Assembly: GCA_963799845.1 (NCBI GenBank)
Contig: CAWCYI010000006.1
Coordinates: 1,408,001 to 1,472,000, forward strand
Reading direction: 5' to 3'
Source: an uncultured Nitrososphaerota archaeon
Lineage (GTDB): Archaea > Thermoproteota > Nitrososphaeria > Nitrososphaerales > CADDZS01
DNA: 64,000 nt
Notes under the pieces: model-generated
Told to the model about the DNA's origin: nothing
What the model saw: only the letters and a program-made list of their open reading frames with translations
The model's database searches: none
Shown: positions 57,048-64,000 of the stretch, in pieces
How positions within the stretch are numbered: the first letter of the stretch is position 1
Layout: each line of letters begins with the position of its first letter
Position numbers and translations under genes: made by a program

Positions 57048-59976
57048 TTAGACAGTGATTGCCACTGTTTGCGGTCCTGAGACAGTGATTCCGGCTGATG
57101 TGTAGGCTTGGACTGTTGCTGAGTATGTTCCCTTTGGAAGGACGACTGGTATCGGCAGAGTTGCCGAGCCCCCAGCTGCTATTGATCCAAAGTTCGCAAT
57201 TCCGATGTATACTGTTGCACCCGATGAGCTGTGCACGACAACGTACACGTACGCCGTGTATGAGGATGTGCCATTGTTCTTGATTGTTGCGTTGACTGCT
57301 GGTCCGGTTGGTCCCGTGACTTGAGCCGGTGCCGATGGGAAGACGAATGTTTGACCTGGTGGTGGTGGAACTACCGTGACTGTGACTGTTCCGCTAGCAG
57401 TTGCTGACAGACCAGCTATAGTCTTTGCAGATACGGATAGAGTCCATGTTCCTTCGGCCAAGTTGCTGATTGAGACTAGGTAGGTAACGCTACTTCCTAG
57501 TTTGTTTGTTCCTGATACGCTGATTTGACTGGCTGAGATTGCTGTTCCATTCGCTGTCGCTGTGACCGATGATGCATTGAGGTCGCCTTGAGCGGAAGTT
57601 ACGTTAACTTGCGCGGTCGACGACGTGGCAGACTCAAGTTTGATTGTTCCGAATACTGGAGCTGCAGTGTCTACCAACACTGTCCACGCTGGAGAGAGTG
57701 TAGTCAATGAGTTGCTATCAGTCACGTTGAAGGTGACTGTGTTGATTCCAACTGCAAGGACTAGTGGTACTGTCCAGACGATGTTGTGCTGCGAAGCAGT
57801 TGACACAGATTGCCATCCGCCAGTTCCTACCTTGTATCCAATTGTTGCGATGGTCGTAGAAGCAGACCCCGAGGTTGCGTTTGCAATGCCCTTGAAGGTT
57901 ACGAATGCTGTAGAGCTGTAGAGTACCTCCCGAAACGACTGCTGGTGAAGTGACGTTAATGGTTGGATACGCACTAACCGTCATCACCGAAGAGGTTCCT
58001 TGGACTGCTCTACCGTTCACGTTGGCTGAGGCCGTTATAGTCGCAGTTGTTCCAACTGTGCTCGGTAAAGTCCACAGAATAGCTCCAAAGCTGCTAGTGT
58101 TTGTCGATAGCTGTCCCGCAGAGATGTAAACTTGGGTTGCACTGAGAGCTCCGGATGAACCTGCCAAACCGATTTGGATTTGGTTGTTTGGTGCTACAGT
58201 CACCAAGTTGTTGTATGCGTCTGCGTATGCAACGTCAATGTATGCTGTGCTGCCGTTGACAATGAATTTGATGTTTGGACCAGTGTGTGGGAAATTCGCG
58301 GCTGCGATGTTGACGACCAGTGTCGAGATAGCACCAGCTACCGTAGTAACTGCTCCTGATACTACTGACGCAATTGTCGCAGTTGTAAGTATGGTAGTAG
58401 GGGCTGCTGCGGTTGCATTGAAGTAAGCAACACTATGCGCAGTAGTATTGACTGCTACCAACGACTCTACGCCGCCCGTGCTGTTAGATGTGAGAGTTAT
58501 CGCCGCAAGTCCGTTCGAGAACTTTGCATTGTAACTCGTTGATGTTGCGCATGGTGAAGTGCAGAGGTTGAGAGTTATTGGAACTCCCGATTGTGATTGA
58601 CTAAGTTGTTCTTGCACCAGAACCGTTTGACCTGCAGCAACGTTTGTCGCTGAAGTTGGTTTGGTTTGAGCTAGTGTGCCAAGCGTTCCTGTTATGATAT
58701 TCCCGCTTGTTCCAGTGTATTGTGTCGCTGAGATGAATATTGTGCCTGCGATTTCTCCTACTGCACCATAAACTGACGACTGCAGATAGGGGAATGGCAA
58801 CGCCAAGCTAGTCCCTGATGTCGGACATGTGAAGTGGCTGTTTCCAGCAACGACGGCTCCACATGATATTTCCGAATACAAGTTTGCTCCGGAGAGGAAT
58901 TGACCACCAACACCAGAAAGTGTGATGTTAGTTATTGTGACTGAGAATGCTACCGGGTTTGCGAAGGAATCTGATAGTGATGTCGATACCTCTGCTCCAG
59001 TTTCAGCATATAGTGTTGTACTGATCAGGTGTGGGGTTGTAAGATAGTCAGCTGGATAAGTCACGCTAGATACTGTGAAGTAGAACGATACTTTGGTCGG
59101 TGCGCCTGCTCCCGTTGTGATTGTTCCTGTTGCCGCAGTTGTAGCTGACGTGCCAATTGTCGCAACTACTGTTGTTGCATCTGGCGCGTGGTTACTGGGT
59201 GTGAATGTTGTTGAAGTTCCACTTGCAGTGGTGACTCCTGAAGTTGGACTCAGTGTAGCAGTGTATCCACTTGTTGGGTAAGCCGCGTTCGAGAAACTCC
59301 AAACGATTGGAACTCCCGCTTGACCCGAACTCAATGTGGCTGTCACAGTTAAAGCTGATCCACCTGCTGTGAATGTTGTAGTTACCGGGCTGACCGCTAC
59401 TGCGACTGTTGTTGTGAAGATGTTCCATTCTGTGAATGACCCTCCAGCGTAAGAAGCTGCACCGCTCGAGTCAATGACTAGAGTGGTGAAAGTTCCCTGA
59501 TTTGGAGGTTCAGTGGCAACTGGCGCCGCACCTGTCCAAGCCAGCGTTCCAAGTACAAGAGTGGCGGAGAAACCTGGTGGTAGACCAGAAGTTGCTCCGG
59601 CAGTGCACTGAACAGCAGTGGCAGATGTTACGCCTGGAGTCGCTAGACCACTTCCAACCGGTCCGCATGTGTTCGACCCTGCGAACGCCCAGTCAGCGGG
59701 TGCAAGTACCGTAATCGACGTAATTGCATACGCATTTGTGGACGGATTCGTCACCTTCACAGAGAAGGCGATCGGAGCGACACCCTGTATTACATCGGGA
59801 GTACCGACGACCGTAGGTGGGGCTCCATTTGCCGTTGGAGATGATATGCTTTTGACTGCTCCTGTCCGAGCTCCGCCTGTTGAGGCGAAAGCTGGTAAAA
59901 ACGCGAATGAGCTGCCGACTAGTAGAATAGTAACTACTAGAACAGATAGTCTTGTAGTGTCTTTATTATAGTTCAT
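57048..59976 (-). CDS. Large S-layer-like (SlaA-like) secreted glycoprotein (frameshift near 57927)
   Basis: Signal peptide; about 975 aa rich in T/S/A/G/V; many N-x-S/T sequons; A/T-biased third codon positions; the two ORFs join as VSGVLYSSTAFV. Confidence 0.75.
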
Positions 59977-60007
59977 AGAGCTTTCAAAGTTCACGAAACA
60001 GGTTTTT

Positions 60008-60027
60008 TGTATATATATCTTTTCCAC
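60008..60027 (-). promoter_or_regulatory. BRE plus TATA promoter of the S-layer operon
   Basis: GTGGAAAAGATATATATAC about 35 nt upstream of ATG 59976. Confidence 0.65.
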
Positions 60028-60154
60028 AGGAAGATCTGTGTTGAGAGATGAATTTTGGGATTAGGGCCGCGGTACGGAACACTCATCCAGAATCTCAATT
60101 ACATCTTATTTAGGACAATCACAAAATTCCTCTCAAACATAAGGGCAATTTCTC

Positions 60155-61990
60155 TCAAGTGAAGTTTTTGAGTTGGTAGATTCTCACATCGGGATTCTGG
60201 TACACTAGGGTAAGATTCGAATTGGAACTTGCCGGAAAGTTGTTCCAAGGGAACAAGTAAGGCACTGGGGGCAAATTGACAGTCAACACGTTTGTAACCA
60301 AAATGTAATTTGCACTCTCATTCTCAGCTATCGTGATCGCTTCCGAGGGAGTTCTGACATATTCATACAAGCTGGTTCTCCCGATAATGAGGTTAGTGTA
60401 CGTGTATCTCCAATCAGACACCGATAGGTACTTTGAATTATTCGGAGAGTTATCCTTGAGCCAATAAATTGAGCTATACACCGAAACCTGGGATTGCGAG
60501 ACAAGGCCGGAATCGGTAACGGAATCGGTGAAAACGGCCTGCCCCCAAGACCCTATCAGGATCGCACCAAATATGATAAGAATCAAGGCCGCTCTGGGAA
60601 TAGCACTTTCTTGCCTCCCGGACTTTCTCTGAACCATTGAAGATTTTCCTTTAGACTGCCTCGGAAAAAGACCGGAAAGTCCGTAGCCCGCCATCAGAGT
60701 CAAAGGAACAAGGGCCTCGTAAGAGAATCGCCATGCTGAGGTGTCGTTAGGTGCAGCGACGATTAAGGAGAAAAACCATACTATCGGAACAAAATAGATG
60801 GGATTTCTTGAGGGGAGGGCTCTGTACAAATAGAGTATTGATAGAATGAGCATTGCAATCAGGGCATAATCATCATAGACTTCTAGCGCGAGATAGCTAA
60901 GAACTGGGAGCGAAGAAAAGAGACTAGAAAGCGTCGTACTACCAGTAAGCAGGCCTCCGCCAGAGGAAGCTAGAGAAATAATCCTTTCCCCGAGGCCAGG
61001 AAACAAAATCAGCGGAATTACTGCGGGGGCCACAATTACTATTGCTGGAAACAAATATCCTTTTAGATTTTGGTGTTTGTCTTTGGCCATAAAATAATTC
61101 AGAACTGGCAAGAGTAGAATGGCAGGCAGTAGTGTAAGAAGAGTGTAGTGTGACATGTAGGCATTCACGACTGAGATCAGAAAGATGATCCAAGCCGCGG
61201 ATGACTTCCAATCACTGACTACAATACTTAGGGTAATCAGCAAAAACATTGCAGCGAGTATACCGTAGAAATTCGCAAACAACCCCGAGTCGAATACGCT
61301 GGCAAACCAGATTGTGCCGGAAAAAACATAGATCGCCGTCGTCACGAGGGCAGTCCGGGCATCCTGAAATATCTTCTTGGTTGATGAATAGAACAAGAGA
61401 GAAGATAGGACTACGAGTATGGCCATGGTCTGCCTTACAGTGACCAGAGGCTCTCCCCCGACGAATAGCAATCCCGAAGCTCACTGATAGTGTATCCCGT
61501 AGTACAAGATTCCGCTTGGAATCGAAGTGGTCGAGCCGGAGATCAGACCTTGGGCAAGCTGGACATGAATTGCGTAATCTTGACTTTGATATTCGGGGAA
61601 AATTGGGTATTTCGCAAAATAAAGGAGCAAGATTAGCGACTGCGCAAGAATGAATGCGACTAGAATAAAATCAAACTTTGTCGGTTTTGGAAAGCGAATG
61701 TCCCTCTTCCTCATGAATGACAGCAGCAGAGCTACTATCCCCGCGAGAATGATTCCGTAAAGAGTAAAGATGTCGATTCCTTTGAGTCCGCCCAATCCGG
61801 AAGTCCTGACAAGAAGGAAAATTGTATCGATCGACAGGCCTAGACCAAAAGCTAGTCCGATTCTTTCTACAACTGAGCTTTCCTTGCTCCACAGATGCAA
61901 AAGTTCCCCGAAACCAATCCCGGGCAGAAAAATCTCAGCGAGATATAGTAAGAATCCCGCGTAATTAGGTTCAGGAACCATTGGCTCCAT
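60155..61990 (-). CDS. Polytopic membrane protein, GT-C glycosyltransferase-like (in-frame TGA at 61481-61483)
   Basis: The two ORFs are in the same frame; SQDYAIH luminal motif, many TM helices, C-terminal IYWLKDNSP…LVYQNPDVRIY. Confidence 0.65.
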
Positions 61991-62047
61991 GAGCGTTTTT
62001 GTTAATTAACATAAATCTTCCCAGCAAAAAACCTGCATGTAAAACTG

Positions 62048-63358
62048 CTAGGGAATAGATATCTTGAGAATGGTTTTCTGCGAAATCACCACTCCAAAGG
62101 ATTCCACGAGGATTGTGGCAGAATAGTTTCCCGGCGCAATTGAAGTGAAAGTAAGCTGACCGGTCGATGTTGAGTCGGGATTAAAAATAAGCGCTGTGAT
62201 TGCTGACGTTATCAACCGGCCCGAACTGTCGTTCAGGAGCGCATACACGATACACTGCAAATGCGCGGGTAAGTTATTCGTATAGTTGAAGGTGATAATT
62301 GGAGCATTGTTTGCCACTGAAACCGAGGGTTGCTGGGCGAGGGTCAAGACCTGACTTTGAGAAATCTTGCTGAACACAATGCTCACGATCTTGTTGGTGT
62401 CATTAAGGGCAAGAGAACCCGAAGCCGGTACGTTCTTGTACGCAGAACTAAAATTTCCGTCGAAATTGTATGCCACGTTGAAACTATAGTTACCATTCGT
62501 CAGTTCTGAGTAATTGATTGTGTTAGACTCTGATGACTCAGTGATTCCGTTCATTGTAACAGACCAGTTCAATTTAGAAGCAAGACCTGATTCAACGAAC
62601 GTTACGTCGGAAAAGTTTTGCAATTTTTCAGTCGCAACTGAGCTCGTTGTAGATGAAACGGGAATCTGAATGATAAGGGTGGTGGATTGGTTATTAGAGC
62701 TAGAAACAATCACGGTCACCGAAGCTGGGATAGATTGACCCTGTTGAAATATTCGGGAAAAAGTTCCGAGATTATTTGTCTGAACAAAACCGTCAGACCA
62801 TTCGGCTTTGAAAATATAGGGCGACCTTGCGCCGTAGGCCGTTACACCAAACGCTACCAATGTTTCGTTTTGCGGCTCAGAAAACACCCTTGTAAAAAAC
62901 TCTGAGGCGTATATGCGAGATAGATTAATCGTAGTCGTGATCACAGACTGACCACTTGTTGTCGTTATAACCAACTGAGCCGTTGTAGTCGGTATTCCAA
63001 TTATTGCAATCTCACTGGAAAAATATTGAATGCCGATTATTCCGGCCATAACTGAAATGACAGCGACGACCGCTAGAATCTTGTTTCTTCGTGAAAATTC
63101 GAATCTGTTCGAGACAGGAAGAGTTGTAGATCGTTCATTGGGATACGGTTTATTGCCATATATCGCATAAGATACTATTTGAAGAACTACCCCTAATATC
63201 AGGGCATAAAATCCGTAAGTTGCGAGTGTGTTCGCATTACTTACAACCGCTAGGCTAAGATCAATTGCAGCCCAAACCAGAAGAATCATGAACGCAAGAA
63301 CAAATGGGACACCCCAGTTGTATTGAAGGAAAAACCACGCTTTTCTCTTTAGCGACAT
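62048..63358 (-). CDS. Membrane protein with extracellular Ig-like/thermopsin-type repeat
   Basis: Three TM helices; VTFVESGL…WSVTMNG…NGNYSF. Confidence 0.7.
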   Translation of the reverse strand: MSLKRKAWFFLQYNWGVPFVLAFMILLVWAAIDLSLAVVSNANTLATYGFYALILGVVLQIVSYAIYGNKPYPNERSTTLPVSNRFEFSRRNKILAVVAVISVMAGIIGIQYFSSEIAIIGIPTTTAQLVITTTSGQSVITTTINLSRIYASEFFTRVFSEPQNETLVAFGVTAYGARSPYIFKAEWSDGFVQTNNLGTFSRIFQQGQSIPASVTVIVSSSNNQSTTLIIQIPVSSTTSSVATEKLQNFSDVTFVESGLASKLNWSVTMNGITESSESNTINYSELTNGNYSFNVAYNFDGNFSSAYKNVPASGSLALNDTNKIVSIVFSKISQSQVLTLAQQPSVSVANNAPIITFNYTNNLPAHLQCIVYALLNDSSGRLITSAITALIFNPDSTSTGQLTFTSIAPGNYSATILVESFGVVISQKTILKISIP

Positions 63359-63523
63359 CTGGGTTGCGAAAAGTCTTGCGTACTTTTTCTTTAAATCAAT
63401 TCATCGGTAAACTGGGCGTCTATTATATGAGAGAATGCAGACAAAAGTTATTTCTGGGTCTTGAAAGATAGTGGAAATGACTTAATTTCTTTTTATGATA
63501 GCATGATATGGGGAATGCAATTC

Positions 63524-64000
63524 ATGATTTCAGGTCGAACAATCGTAGCTATCATTCCGGCTTTTAATGAGGAAAAGAGCATCGCGAAGGTTCTTCTAAC
63601 GACTGAGAAGTTCGTCGACCGAATTGTTGTTGTCGATGATGGATCAAAGAATCTCACCGGAGATATCGCAAAGCGGCTTGGATTTGAGACTTTGAGACAC
63701 GAATCAAATGAGGGTAAGGGGGCGGCGTTGAGAACTGGTATTGAGTACGCCCAGAAGAAACTCAAATTCGACATTCTTGTTACACTTGATTCTGACCTCC
63801 AGCACGATCCTTCGGAGATTCCACGCCTGATCGAGCCCATTATCGAGGATGCAGCCGACGTGGTAATTGGCGTCAGACCGATGGAGCCCGGAATTATGCC
63901 GAGAGAACGAATAGTTGGAAACAAGCTGTTGGATGCAATGTCCAATCAACAAGATGGGAAAAAGCACCGTGATACACAAAGTGGATTCAGAGCTTACGCA
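63524..64000 (+). CDS. GT2 glycosyltransferase (Dol-P-Man synthase-like), runs off the window
   Basis: IIPAFNEE, VVDDGS, NEGKGAAL, LDSDLQH, DTQSGFRAY. Confidence 0.92.
   Translation, partial: MISGRTIVAIIPAFNEEKSIAKVLLTTEKFVDRIVVVDDGSKNLTGDIAKRLGFETLRHESNEGKGAALRTGIEYAQKKLKFDILVTLDSDLQHDPSEIPRLIEPIIEDAADVVIGVRPMEPGIMPRERIVGNKLLDAMSNQQDGKKHRDTQSGFRAYA

Noticed and set aside
57718-57974. Programmed ribosomal frameshift in the S-layer gene
   Set aside because: No slippery heptamer; it matches the window-wide single-base indel pattern.
56339-60027. Horizontally acquired island or tandem DNA repeats
   Set aside because: The composition shift is explained by Thr/Val-rich coding and high-expression codon bias; no integrase or att sites seen.
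61481-61483. Selenocysteine or recoding at the TGA
   Set aside because: Hydrophobic non-redox context, no SECIS recognised, and TGA is used as a normal stop in many genes here.
63493-63979. Minus-strand ORFs at the window end
   Set aside because: Shadows of the plus-strand GT2 gene that runs off the window.

Overview
Archaeal chromosomal DNA, most likely a TACK archaeon such as a non-ammonia-oxidising Nitrososphaerota. This is inferred from UPF0147, a BHB multi-intron tRNA, BRE/TATA promoters, and sedolisin and thermopsin-like surface proteins that suggest an acidophile. From left to right: a Cas4-like nuclease-HAD fusion, a TrmB-like regulator, a DUF3227-like/UbiA fusion, and a solo TnpB flanked by an unexpected ~41-75 bp inverted repeat. 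Then OsmC, a K+ channel pseudogene, rhomboid, aminotransferase, Nudix, gamma-CA and SixA. A tRNA-Met(CAT) is split by three introns (8/9, 30/31, 37/38). An 11-gene ilvB-ilvH-leuA-leuB-ilvE-ilvC-cimA-like-leuC-leuD-pheA-lysC operon is preceded by an unannotated Ile/Leu/Val-rich leader ORF with alternative RNA helices, a candidate archaeal attenuator. Further right lie a minimal HrpA/DEAH helicase, two ABC systems, a VapBC pair, a 1930-aa sedolisin, and an S-layer/glycosylation cluster. Several genes carry single-base frameshifts in short homopolymers, probably sequencing errors. No CRISPR array or rRNA was seen. All family assignments come from motif recognition by eye, not database searches.
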